NCBI GenBank assembly: GCA_964625685.1
Contig: CAZVBO010000002.1
Span: 55,440-119,439 of the forward strand
Source: an uncultured Pseudomonadales bacterium
GTDB taxonomy: Bacteria; Patescibacteriota; Microgenomatia; UBA1400; PJMF01
Direction of reading: 5' to 3'
Length of the DNA stretch: 64,000 bases
The position numbers and the translations under genes are program-made. The number at the start of each line of letters is the position of its first letter. Position 1 is the stretch's first letter. Below are positions 38,642 to 47,194 of this stretch, in pieces. Under the pieces are notes generated by a model. The model did no database searches and was not told the origin of the DNA. It was given only the letters and a program-made list of their open reading frames with translations.

Positions 38642-39568
38642 ATGATTATTTTAGATGGGATTACTCTAGCTCAACAACGTGAGGCAACATTACGAGAAAA
38701 AGTAGACTCCTTACCTACTAGTAGTTCTCAACCAACTATTGCAGCAGTTCTTTTTACAGAAGATCCGGGAAGCGTCCTCTATACCTCTAAAAAATCAGAG
38801 GCAGCTCAACGGGTAGGAATGGGTTATCAAATATTTCCTTTTTCGATGTTGGAAGAAATTTCAGTAGTCCAAGCCCAAATTCAAAGTCTCAATGATAACC
38901 CGCAAATTACCGGTATCATTATTCAAAAGCCAACTCGCAAAATATGGCAGGATGTCTATCGTCAACGCTTCTCAGGAGAAGAGTTGTCCAAATTAGGGTT
39001 GAATTTTAATGCTTGGTGGATGAGCTTGATTTCAGAAATTAATCCTCACAAAGACGTCGATGGGTTACATCCCAGTACCCTCAAAGCACTTCAAGAAAAT
39101 ACTTGGCAAGAGGAGGGGAAAGTCTTACCGGCTACCTGTCGAGCTGTCATTAGTTTGTTGGAAGAAGCTGATCAAGGACTTCATAGTATTTTTCAGTCGG
39201 AGACTCAATTTGTGATTTTAGGAAAATCTGACCTCTTAGGTCAGCCTCTCTTTTATTATTTAAAAAATCAGGATCTATCAGTTTCACTTATTGGCAGCAA
39301 AGATTTGGCTCGACGCCAAGAAATGGGTACAGACTTACGTGATACTGATGTAGTAATTAGTGCAACTGGTCGACCCAATTTAATTACGGGTGGGATGCTT
39401 AAACCTGGTTGTGTGGTGATTGATGTAGGTGAACCACAAGGTGATGTTGACTTTGAAAGTGTCAAAGACAAAGTTGCGGTCATTACTCCTGTACCAGGTG
39501 GAGTAGGACCGATGACAGTAGTTTGTTTACTAGAAAATTGTTACCAACTCTTTATTTCCCATAACTGA
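38642..39568 (+). CDS. folD: Methylenetetrahydrofolate dehydrogenase/cyclohydrolase
   Basis: ILDG start, IIQKP/DVDG region, GKSDLLGQP (Rossmann) and PVPGGVGPMT. Confidence 0.85.
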   Translation: MIILDGITLAQQREATLREKVDSLPTSSSQPTIAAVLFTEDPGSVLYTSKKSEAAQRVGMGYQIFPFSMLEEISVVQAQIQSLNDNPQITGIIIQKPTRKIWQDVYRQRFSGEELSKLGLNFNAWWMSLISEINPHKDVDGLHPSTLKALQENTWQEEGKVLPATCRAVISLLEEADQGLHSIFQSETQFVILGKSDLLGQPLFYYLKNQDLSVSLIGSKDLARRQEMGTDLRDTDVVISATGRPNLITGGMLKPGCVVIDVGEPQGDVDFESVKDKVAVITPVPGGVGPMTVVCLLENCYQLFISHN

Positions 39569-39582
39569 TTTTCTCTAGAGTG

Positions 39583-39591
39583 TGTTATAAT
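39583..39591 (+). promoter_or_regulatory. Extended -10 promoter (TGtTATAAT) for rpsB-tsf
   Basis: Exact TGnTATAAT match 104 nt upstream of the rpsB ATG. Confidence 0.55.
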
Positions 39592-39613
39592 TCAGTCCTT
39601 AAATAATAGTATG

Positions 39614-39680
39614 GGCTAGGTGGCAGCTAATCTGTCCTGATTTTTCTCCACTAGCCTTCTTGTCACTTTTAGCGACAAGA
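39614..39680 (+). promoter_or_regulatory. Structured rpsB 5' leader (two stem-loops)
   Basis: ggctag(g)tgg (39614-39623) pairs with ccactagcc (39648-39656). tcttgtc (39658-39664) pairs with gacaaga (39674-39680). Confidence 0.45.
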
Positions 39681-39694
39681 GAACAAGGACATCT

Positions 39695-40417
39695 ATGACT
39701 GAAGTTGATCTCAACTCACTTCCTCAGGTGGCTCCCGAAATTGATTTAACCGCTTTACTGGAAGCTGGCTGTCATTTTGGTCACCAAAGTAAAAAATGGC
39801 ATCCTTCCATGCAGAAATGGATTTATGGTGAGAAAAATGGAGTGCATTTATTTGATTTAGTCAAAACCGCTAGTCAATTACAGTTGGCTTACAACTATGC
39901 TTATCAACTTGGTAAGTCCGGCAAAGTCATGGTTTTAGTGGGTACCAAACGCCAAGCTCGGGATATTGTTAAAGAAGCAGCTACTCGGGCTAAACTCCCT
40001 TATATTGCGGCTCGTTGGTTGGGTGGATTCTTGACGAATTGGGAACAAGTCAAAAAATCTCTCAAAAAGATGATTTCGATTGAAGAAGGTTTACAAAGTG
40101 GTAAATTTGATAGCTATACCAAATATGAGCGTGTTCAACTCGAAAAAGAAGCTGGCCGGCTTGACCGATTTTTCGGTGGTTTGCGAGCGTTAACAAAAGA
40201 ACCAGATGCTATTTTTGTGATTGATGCTTCCCGCGAAAAAGTAGCTGTCAAAGAAGCAGTCATTACTGAAACTCCAATTATGGGCATTATTGATAGTAAC
40301 ACTGACTGCCGACCGATTGATGTCGTTATTCCTGCCAATGATGATGCGGTCAAAAGTATTTCACTTTTGGTGAATACCGTAGTTGATGGCTACTTAGCAG
40401 GAAAAAATAGTAAATAA
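39695..40417 (+). CDS. rpsB: 30S ribosomal protein S2
   Basis: LLEAGCHFGHQSKKWHPSM and IPANDDAVKSI, characteristic S2 blocks. Confidence 0.95.
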   Translation: MTEVDLNSLPQVAPEIDLTALLEAGCHFGHQSKKWHPSMQKWIYGEKNGVHLFDLVKTASQLQLAYNYAYQLGKSGKVMVLVGTKRQARDIVKEAATRAKLPYIAARWLGGFLTNWEQVKKSLKKMISIEEGLQSGKFDSYTKYERVQLEKEAGRLDRFFGGLRALTKEPDAIFVIDASREKVAVKEAVITETPIMGIIDSNTDCRPIDVVIPANDDAVKSISLLVNTVVDGYLAGKNSK

Positions 40418-40435
40418 ATTTTTGGGAGAGAAACT

Positions 40436-40894
40436 ATGAATTACACAGCAGCTGATATCAAAAGTTTGCGAGAAGAGACCGGTGCAGGCATGATGGATTG
40501 TAAAAAGGCTTTGGAAGAATCAAATGGGAACATGGACCAAGCTCGTGAATGGATTAAACAGCGTGGACTAATCAAGGCTGAAAAAAAAGCTGATCGTGAA
40601 GCCACAGAAGGTTTTATTGCTCACTACGTGCACAATGATCACAAGACTGCCGCTTTAGTCGAAATTCTCTGCGAAACTGATTTTGTGGCTCGCAATGATG
40701 AATTTCAAAAAATGGCGACAGACGTGGCTATGCAAGTGGTCGCGATGAACCCAGAAAACGTAGAAGAACTCTTAGCCCAGGATTTTATTAAAGATGCTGA
40801 TATGACCATAGAAGAATTGGTCAAACAGCTGAGTGGCAAGATTGGCGAGAGATTTATTGTCAATCGTTTTGTCCGTTATCAAGTGGGAGAGTAA
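40436..40894 (+). CDS. tsf: Elongation factor Ts (short form, 152 aa)
   Basis: UBA-like N-terminus IKSLREETGAGMMDCKKALEESNGNMDQAREWIKQRG and the LCETDFVARND block. It follows rpsB as usual. Confidence 0.85.
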   Translation: MNYTAADIKSLREETGAGMMDCKKALEESNGNMDQAREWIKQRGLIKAEKKADREATEGFIAHYVHNDHKTAALVEILCETDFVARNDEFQKMATDVAMQVVAMNPENVEELLAQDFIKDADMTIEELVKQLSGKIGERFIVNRFVRYQVGE

Positions 40895-40918
40895 TCTCAT
40901 ATTTTTTATGAAAGCATA

Positions 40919-40948
40919 ACCCCGTACTATTAAAAGTACGGGGTTTTT
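40919..40948 (+). terminator. Intrinsic terminator after tsf
   Basis: accccgtac-tattaaaa-gtacggggt followed by a T run. Confidence 0.85.
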
Positions 40949-41021
40949 GTACCTATTCCCATTTTGATAAAAAAAAGTTAAGATGAGTTACCTCAAGAAA
41001 AAAATGAGAAAAAGGAGAAAT

Positions 41022-41627
41022 ATGGGAGAAAGTTTATCATACGAGCCAAAGAGCTCCGAAAAGGGTCGCGGACTAGCAGGAAAAATAAAAGCTCTCTTTG
41101 AAAGAGGACGATCAGAAAAGTCCTTAGTTGGTGAGGACAGTGAACAACTTGCTGTGGAAAAAAAGATAGTCAGTGTCACTCAAGAAATAGTGGCATTACT
41201 AGGGAAGTTAGACTATGCACAAAAAGTGTTATCTGCGGCTGAGAGTGGGCAGGGAAATGTGGATCCAGACATTACACCTACAGTATACCAAAAACTTAAA
41301 CACCAGTTAGAGGACATCTTGTATCAGAAATTATCAGAAAATCCTGATTTACTCGAGGAAATTGAGCGTGATACCCCTCGATTTATTACTCATGTAGAAG
41401 GAGAACTGAAAAGATTAGGAGTGGACTGGAAATATTCCCTCCCAAAAATAGTAGGTTTACAACCAGATATTCGTGGACCTAAAGTATCTGAAAGATCAAC
41501 TCTCCCAGAAATACTAGATCCTTATCACAACCCCCAGATTGAAGAATACATGCAACAAGCTTTAGAAGATATGGGATTACCAGTTCGTTTTAGAGACACT
41601 AAAGAGGTCGAAAATACGAATTATTAA
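41022..41627 (+). CDS. Hypothetical protein
   Basis: ORF with AAGGAG RBS at 41012-41017 and ATG at 41022. Helical and charged. No family recognised. Confidence 0.5.
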   Translation: MGESLSYEPKSSEKGRGLAGKIKALFERGRSEKSLVGEDSEQLAVEKKIVSVTQEIVALLGKLDYAQKVLSAAESGQGNVDPDITPTVYQKLKHQLEDILYQKLSENPDLLEEIERDTPRFITHVEGELKRLGVDWKYSLPKIVGLQPDIRGPKVSERSTLPEILDPYHNPQIEEYMQQALEDMGLPVRFRDTKEVENTNY

Positions 41628-41656
41628 CGAAGCACGAAAAGATCCATATATTCTTC

Positions 41657-41689
41657 TGATATAATGCGTTTCCTAAATAGGAAACGCAT
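41657..41689 (+). promoter_or_regulatory. Extended -10 (TGaTATAAT) overlapping a perfect 10-bp-arm palindrome
   Basis: TGATATAAT at 41657-41665. atgcgtttcc (41664-41673) and ggaaacgcat (41680-41689) are separated by taaata, and the ATG follows at 41694. Confidence 0.5.
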
Positions 41690-41693
41690 AGTT

Positions 41694-42236
41694 ATGCCAG
41701 AAAATGAATTAAAAAATCCGAATAATGGCCAAATTTCTGTTGAAGAAGCTATAATAATCACCACTACAGAACTCTCTCGATTTGTGGCTGATATCCATGC
41801 AAATTATAGTAAGTTAGCTAGTGTGGGAGATATTAACAAGGTAAAAAGTATATTACGTGATCGTGATCCACTATTTTCACTAAATTCTATAGTTATTTTT
41901 TTAACCTCTGATGAATTTAAAGAACATCCCAAACTTGGAATCATTCAAACTTTTTTGGATGTTGTCAGATTTATAACCAATGTTAGTTCTCAAATTAACT
42001 ATCCTTCTTTGCAAGAACCATTAGCCCAAGAATTCGCAGTGAACTTAAGTATTTGGTACCACACTATCTGGGATTTTTTACAGAAAAATGGAACGAGTTT
42101 ATCTCCAGAAGTACTAATCGAGTTTCAAAAAATTCTTACTTTTATCGAGAACCAACCGCACCTGAATTCTTTACCGTCTAGTAGAGTCTTGAATACTTCT
42201 TTATCAGAAAAAATGAGATCAGTATTTTCCACTTAG
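41694..42236 (+). CDS. Hypothetical protein (all-helical)
   Basis: The track ORF starts at an ATG inside the palindrome at 41664. The ATG at 41694 (MPENELK...) is more plausible. No family recognised. Confidence 0.5.
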   Translation: MPENELKNPNNGQISVEEAIIITTTELSRFVADIHANYSKLASVGDINKVKSILRDRDPLFSLNSIVIFLTSDEFKEHPKLGIIQTFLDVVRFITNVSSQINYPSLQEPLAQEFAVNLSIWYHTIWDFLQKNGTSLSPEVLIEFQKILTFIENQPHLNSLPSSRVLNTSLSEKMRSVFST

Positions 42237-42306
42237 GTGATTGGTAAAAAGAGAGGTTCCTTTTTCCCACTTGCTCATTCCCAGCCCTTGTTGTTAGGAT
42301 CCCTCT

Positions 42307-42921
42307 ATGGCAAAACTTCCACGCGCTGTTGACAGACTGATCGAAAAATTTGAACGACTTCCCGGAGTGGGCCCTAAATCGGCTCAGCGCCTGGTTTTTT
42401 ACCTCCTGCATAATCCAGAAAGTGAGTTGCAGGATTTTTCTGATCGATTGCTGGCTTTAAAACGAGAAACGGTCTTATGTAGCCACTGTCATAATGTATC
42501 GGAAAATGATCCCTGTAGCGTCTGTGACGATGTCACCCGAGATAAAACTCGATTGATGGTGGTGGAACAACCCCTTGATATGCTGGCAGTAGAAAAGTCG
42601 GATCGGTACAATGGTCTCTATCATGTGCTGCACGGAGCCATTTCCCCCCTCAATAATATTGGTCCCAGCCAACTCTATTTGACCGACATCGTGAATCGAT
42701 TGGAAGGAGTAGAGGAACTCATTTTGGCTACCAATCCCACCATGGAAGGTGAAGCCACTGCCCTTTACATTAAAGAATTGGTCGAAAACGCCGTTGCTTC
42801 TCAGGATCTTGCTGAGATCCAGATCACCCGGATTGGACACGGTCTACCGATTGGGGCAGATATAGAGTATGCCGATAGCCAAACCATTGCTCGTGCCTTA
42901 GAAGGTCGACGGGGAATTTAA
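42307..42921 (+). CDS. recR: Recombination protein RecR
   Basis: LPGVGPKSAQRL helix-hairpin-helix, CxxC...CxxC zinc finger (CSHC..CSVC) and a Toprim domain. Confidence 0.9.
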   Translation: MAKLPRAVDRLIEKFERLPGVGPKSAQRLVFYLLHNPESELQDFSDRLLALKRETVLCSHCHNVSENDPCSVCDDVTRDKTRLMVVEQPLDMLAVEKSDRYNGLYHVLHGAISPLNNIGPSQLYLTDIVNRLEGVEELILATNPTMEGEATALYIKELVENAVASQDLAEIQITRIGHGLPIGADIEYADSQTIARALEGRRGI

Positions 42922-43041
42922 CAGCAGTCTTACACTTCTCTTGCTAAAGTGATCCCTTTTTATATAGAGACGCATCTTGTTCCAGATGGATGTTTTTGAT
43001 ATAGTTTTTGCTACATGAGTTCGCTCTGGCAATTAAAAAAG

Positions 43042-43088
43042 AGACCTAGTCTTTTTACCTAAATGGGTTGAAAGATTGGGTCTTTTTT
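43042..43088 (+). terminator. Intrinsic terminator after recR
   Basis: agacctagtcttt ... aaagattgggtct forms a 13-bp stem (with G-U pairs) and is followed by T6. Confidence 0.55.
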
Positions 43089-43148
43089 ATCAGTTATTTT
43101 CCTTGACTCTTGCCCAATAGAGCTAAAAGGGAAGTAAGGAGGTTGATA

Positions 43149-43514
43149 ATGAAAGTTATCATCCAGTCGAACACATTGAAGGTGACGGAGGCACTACGAA
43201 TTTTTATTCAAAAACAAATTCGCAAGTTAGCCCGCTGTGGTCAAAAGATCCAACAAGTGACCGTATACTTGGATTGCGTCAAACGCAAGAAAAATGCCGC
43301 TGATGCCACTACCGTGCAGTTTCAGATTACGACCGCTAAAAATAGCTTTGTAGTCAAGAAACAAGCGCACGACATGTACGTGGCTATCAGTGAAGTCGCA
43401 GATAGAGCTACTCGCTTACTGAGGGAGAAGCGTCATAAATATCTTGATAATAAAAGAAAAATATCGCCAAAGCTTAAACTTTTAGAAAACTTTGATTTAG
43501 CTTGGGTAGAATAG
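43149..43514 (+). CDS. hpf: Ribosome hibernation factor (HPF/RaiA family, short form)
   Basis: MKVIIQSNTLKVTEALRIFIQKQIRKL ... HDMYVAISEVADRATRLLRE matches the HPF/YfiA pattern. AGGAGG RBS precedes the ATG at 43149; the track's TTG at 43110 was rejected. Confidence 0.8.
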   Translation: MKVIIQSNTLKVTEALRIFIQKQIRKLARCGQKIQQVTVYLDCVKRKKNAADATTVQFQITTAKNSFVVKKQAHDMYVAISEVADRATRLLREKRHKYLDNKRKISPKLKLLENFDLAWVE

Positions 43515-43557
43515 CCTCGGTAAATTTCAAAGATCAAATTTAATAAATAGTTATCCA

Positions 43558-43630
43558 TGTCATCCCCTCGAAAGAGGGGATCTGGGATAGCAGTAGTGTT
43601 TTTCCAGATTCCCGTTTTCACGGGAATGAC
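43558..43630. repeat. Cluster of three small hairpins (REP-like family) downstream of hpf
   Basis: atcccctc-gaaa-gaggggat (43562-43581), tctgg...ccaga (43581-43608) and attcccg-ttttca-cgggaat (43608-43627), bracketed by gtcat/atgac. Confidence 0.6.
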
Positions 43631-43688
43631 GAGTAGTGTTGTTGACTTCCTCTTGTGTCTGTTTGTTTGAAACGGTATCTTAGTCTAT

Positions 43689-44060
43689 ATGACCGATGAT
43701 ACGCAAACCGCTCCAACTTCTTCAGACTCGCCAAAAGCCAATGCACAAGATCCATTAAGTGTCTTGGAAGACATTTTGAATGAAGCCAAAGAGCGAACCG
43801 CTGGAGGAGCCCAAACGACAGAAGAACAAGCAGCAGCAGAAGCGGCCAAACGAGCCGCCATTGAACGGCAAGAAGCAGAACGAAAAAAACAAGACGCATT
43901 AGCTCTGCAGGCAGAAATTGAGAAAATGAAGCAGATTTCAGAAATGCCACAGGAGCAGGCTCGGCTTCGACAAGAACAACAACAAGATGCTGATGCTGCA
44001 GAAGCTAAACAATCACATCAGACCAATCAAATTCGTCAATTAGGTCATACTAAAATTTAA
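43689..44060 (+). CDS. Hypothetical E/Q/A-rich coiled-coil protein
   Basis: The plus strand is chosen over antisense ORF 43618..43950 because a same-strand gene follows 2 nt after its stop. Charged heptad-like sequence. Confidence 0.5.
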   Translation: MTDDTQTAPTSSDSPKANAQDPLSVLEDILNEAKERTAGGAQTTEEQAAAEAAKRAAIERQEAERKKQDALALQAEIEKMKQISEMPQEQARLRQEQQQDADAAEAKQSHQTNQIRQLGHTKI

Positions 44061-44062
44061 AT

Positions 44063-44680
44063 ATGCCGACTCCACCCAAAACAACAGCCCGACCTCGACC
44101 CAGTGGTGGTTTTAATGATAATTTTGGCGATGAATTTGGCGAGCATTTAGATGAGAATGCGATGCAGGCGGCAATGCAACAAAAAGCGACTAATCAACAG
44201 GCAGCTGATCCCCAGACTGCTCCTGTCCAGCAAAATTCTTCACAAGCAACCCAACCAACCCCGCCCAGAGAAGTGGGAACTCTCGGGGAGGAATTAGTCA
44301 AACGACCACTCAAAGATATCGCTCGGGAATTATTATCTTTTTTTGATATTCATAAATTATTAAACATCAATCCTCAAACTGATACTCCCGAAGAGCAAGC
44401 TAAAAAGAAGCAAATGCATCATCGGTTGCAACAATTAAATCAAGAACAACAGCAAGTGGTTCAGCAAAAATATCGAGCCGAAATGGAAAAGAAAAAACAG
44501 GAAGAAGAAGAGAAAGAAATGAAAAAACGTCAAGCCGAAGCGGCAAAGCAACAAGAGATTGCGCCGCCGTCGAGTCCGAAAAAAGGTCCGGTTGGTCCTG
44601 GAAGTTCAGGGAAAAAACGAGCTGTAGATAAATTAGAACAGGATCGAAAAACACTGAGTGGTCCGGCAAGTGTGAATTAG
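44063..44680 (+). CDS. Hypothetical Q/K/E-rich low-complexity protein
   Basis: 205-aa ORF packed 2 nt after the previous stop. Q-rich N-terminus and a KKQEEEEKEMKKRQ coiled segment. Confidence 0.5.
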   Translation: MPTPPKTTARPRPSGGFNDNFGDEFGEHLDENAMQAAMQQKATNQQAADPQTAPVQQNSSQATQPTPPREVGTLGEELVKRPLKDIARELLSFFDIHKLLNINPQTDTPEEQAKKKQMHHRLQQLNQEQQQVVQQKYRAEMEKKKQEEEEKEMKKRQAEAAKQQEIAPPSSPKKGPVGPGSSGKKRAVDKLEQDRKTLSGPASVN

Positions 44681-44688
44681 GAGGCAAA

Positions 44689-45249
44689 ATGGCACTGGAA
44701 GACACACTGCAACCAGAAAAAGTATCACAGCTTTATGATAGGTATGATGAATTTTTAGCCGATTCAGAAGCATTATTACGATCTGTTAAAACGACAATAG
44801 TAAATCCTGAAGTCAAAAATAACTTGCTCAATAGTTTGATTATTCAAACCAGAGCAAATAAACTATTACGTAGTCTAAACTTATTTACTGCTAGCCTTAG
44901 AGAACAGCAAGATAGTTGGCCACATTCTGATCAAGTATATGATAAAATTCGATTGTTTTTAGATTCTCGAGGTAAGTCGCTGGGAACTTTTAATCGAATA
45001 AAACAAGTTTTTTCTCTTGAAAGACAATTCGAAAACTTGTTATTAAAGAAAGAATTAACTCCAGAAGTAGTTAAAAGCCTTATAACTCATGTTTTTTCGA
45101 AAATGAAGGTTATTCAAACTTCAATTGATATAGTTGAAAAGCCACCGGATGTTAAAATAGATCGCATTGAAAGTGCCTTGTCTGATGTTAAGGCAATCAT
45201 GATGATTTTATTGCCAGAGGAAAAATCAAATGAGCCAATTAAAAGATAA
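44689..45249 (+). CDS. Hypothetical helical protein
   Basis: 186-aa ORF with GGAGG RBS at 44679-44683. No family recognised. Confidence 0.5.
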   Translation: MALEDTLQPEKVSQLYDRYDEFLADSEALLRSVKTTIVNPEVKNNLLNSLIIQTRANKLLRSLNLFTASLREQQDSWPHSDQVYDKIRLFLDSRGKSLGTFNRIKQVFSLERQFENLLLKKELTPEVVKSLITHVFSKMKVIQTSIDIVEKPPDVKIDRIESALSDVKAIMMILLPEEKSNEPIKR

Positions 45250-45676
45250 ATATCTTAGCAGAGGGACTTTTACCATTGATCAACTCAGGCAAAAACAAAC
45301 AGGGTATCTTGAAGCAATGTTGATTGAGGCTCCCAGACTTGAAAAAACAATTCAAAAACTTCATGAGCTAAGTAATGATAAAAACCTCTCGAAGAGACAA
45401 GAGCAGAGTTTGATGGATATTATTGAAAATATAATGAAGGTTGAATATCTATTACCTTTCGTTTCTCCTTTTTTAAAATATATTCTAGTTACAAGACTGC
45501 TTCATTTTTCTCAAATTAATCTTGAAGCTTTTGAAGAAGAGTTTAGTTACTATAGGGATATACATCTAACAGATCAGAGAGGAGACAATGCTATTTGGCA
45601 TGCGATCAAGAGTATGGTTGGCTATGGTGCGATAATAGTAGATGAAAATGGAAACCCAATTAATGAAACTCTATAA
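45230..45676 (+). CDS. Hypothetical helical protein
   Basis: 148-aa ORF that overlaps the upstream gene by 20 nt and the cysS start by 14 nt. Confidence 0.5.
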   Translation: MSQLKDKYLSRGTFTIDQLRQKQTGYLEAMLIEAPRLEKTIQKLHELSNDKNLSKRQEQSLMDIIENIMKVEYLLPFVSPFLKYILVTRLLHFSQINLEAFEEEFSYYRDIHLTDQRGDNAIWHAIKSMVGYGAIIVDENGNPINETL

Positions 45677-47108
45677 CACCCTGTCCCGCCAAGTTGAAGA
45701 AGTTGAGCCCATTCATTCTGGAAAGATTGGTTTATATGCTTGTGGCTTTACGGTGTATGACTATACCCATCTCGGTCATTTACGAAAATATACCATGGAT
45801 GATGTTTTGATCCGCACGCTGCGCCACGCAGGATTTGAAGTGCGATTTGTTCAGAATATTACCGATGTCGGTCATCTAGCCAGTGATGAAGACACCGGTG
45901 AAGATAAATTGGAAAAAGGCGCCAAAAAATATGGCGAAAGTGTGTGGGATATTGCACATAAATTTGAAGATTATTTTTTCCGATCTATGGATTTAATGGG
46001 AAATGTACGCCCTGATGTCAGTTGCCGTGCAACTGAACACATACCTGAGCAACTGGCTATGGTTTTAGAGCTAGAGAAGAAAGGGTACACCTACGTGATT
46101 GAAGGCGACGGAGTTTATTTTGACACCAGTAAGATAGATGACTATGGGAAACTGGCCCGCTTAGATCTGAAACATCTCAAAGAAGGAGCGAGAGTAGAGG
46201 CAGTTCAAGGGAAACGCAATCCCACTGATTTTGCGCTGTGGAAGTTTGAAAGACCAGGGGAAAATCGAGCCATGAGTTGGCCGAGTCCGTGGGCAGAAAA
46301 AAGTTTCCCTGGTTGGCATATTGAATGTAGTGCCATGAGTACAGAGTATCTGGGAGATCAATTCGATATCCATACCGGAGGAATCGACCATATACCCGTT
46401 CATCACACCAATGAAATTGCCCAAGCCGAAGCGGCTACCGGTAAAAAACCATTTGTTCGCTACTGGGTTCACCACAATTTCCTCCAAGTTGAAGGGGAGA
46501 AAATGAGTAAGTCACTGGGAAATTTTTATACGATTGACGATATTCTAGAAAAAGGTTTTTCTCCTCAAGAATTAAGATTATTGTTCTTGGGGAGTCACTA
46601 TCGAAGTGAACTCAACTTTACGTGGGAGGCATTAGCGGGAGCTCAGAAAGCTTGGGAGAGACTGATCTCGCGAGTTCAATCTTTGTTAACAGAAATGGAT
46701 CAACAGCCCGCTCCAGAAAGTAAAAGATCTGATGTGGCTCAGGGTTTTGCTAGACAATTTTGGTCATTTATGCAAGATGATCTCAAAACGCCTGAAGCCA
46801 TGAGTGTGGTGTGGGAAGTACTCAAAAATGATCAATTGTCTGCAGGTGAAAAAATTGGATTATTATTTGAATTTGATCAGGTATTAGGTTTAAAGCTAAA
46901 TGAAAATCAGCCTGATATAAAAGTGAGTCAAGAAACTTTCCCCGCAACTATTAAACACTTAATTGAGCAGAGAGCTCAAGCCCGAGAAAACAAAGATTGG
47001 CAGCAGGCAGATCAATTACGAGATGAACTGGCTCAGCGAGGCTATGAAGTGATAGATACGGCTGAGGGACAAGAAGTCCAAAAGTTTAAAGACAAAAGAA
47101 TAAAGTAA
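45663..47108 (+). CDS. cysS: Cysteinyl-tRNA synthetase
   Basis: MKLYNTLSRQ start, HIGH variant (YDYTHLGHLR), Zn-site residues, and KMSKS (EKMSKSLGN). Confidence 0.95.
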   Translation: MKLYNTLSRQVEEVEPIHSGKIGLYACGFTVYDYTHLGHLRKYTMDDVLIRTLRHAGFEVRFVQNITDVGHLASDEDTGEDKLEKGAKKYGESVWDIAHKFEDYFFRSMDLMGNVRPDVSCRATEHIPEQLAMVLELEKKGYTYVIEGDGVYFDTSKIDDYGKLARLDLKHLKEGARVEAVQGKRNPTDFALWKFERPGENRAMSWPSPWAEKSFPGWHIECSAMSTEYLGDQFDIHTGGIDHIPVHHTNEIAQAEAATGKKPFVRYWVHHNFLQVEGEKMSKSLGNFYTIDDILEKGFSPQELRLLFLGSHYRSELNFTWEALAGAQKAWERLISRVQSLLTEMDQQPAPESKRSDVAQGFARQFWSFMQDDLKTPEAMSVVWEVLKNDQLSAGEKIGLLFEFDQVLGLKLNENQPDIKVSQETFPATIKHLIEQRAQARENKDWQQADQLRDELAQRGYEVIDTAEGQEVQKFKDKRIK

Positions 47109-47194
47109 AAAATTGAGATTTGACCTTTGAATTTTGTTTGAAATTTGGGTATTGGAGTTGGGACTTTCTGCTTTATTCTTTGCTCTTTTAACTT

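Noticed and set aside
43558-43630. Cloverleaf-like three-hairpin arrangement bracketed by gtcat/atgac, considered as a tRNA or tRNA-like element
   Set aside because: There is no T-loop (GTTCRANYC) or D-loop consensus, the stems have the wrong lengths, and the arms overlap. It is better explained as REP-like hairpins.
43618-43950. Minus-strand 110-aa ORF opposite 43689..44060
   Set aside because: It starts inside the hairpin cluster and has a Leu-rich translation typical of the antisense of an E/Q/A-rich gene. The plus-strand ORF is packed 2 nt from the next same-strand gene. Strand ambiguity remains at low level.
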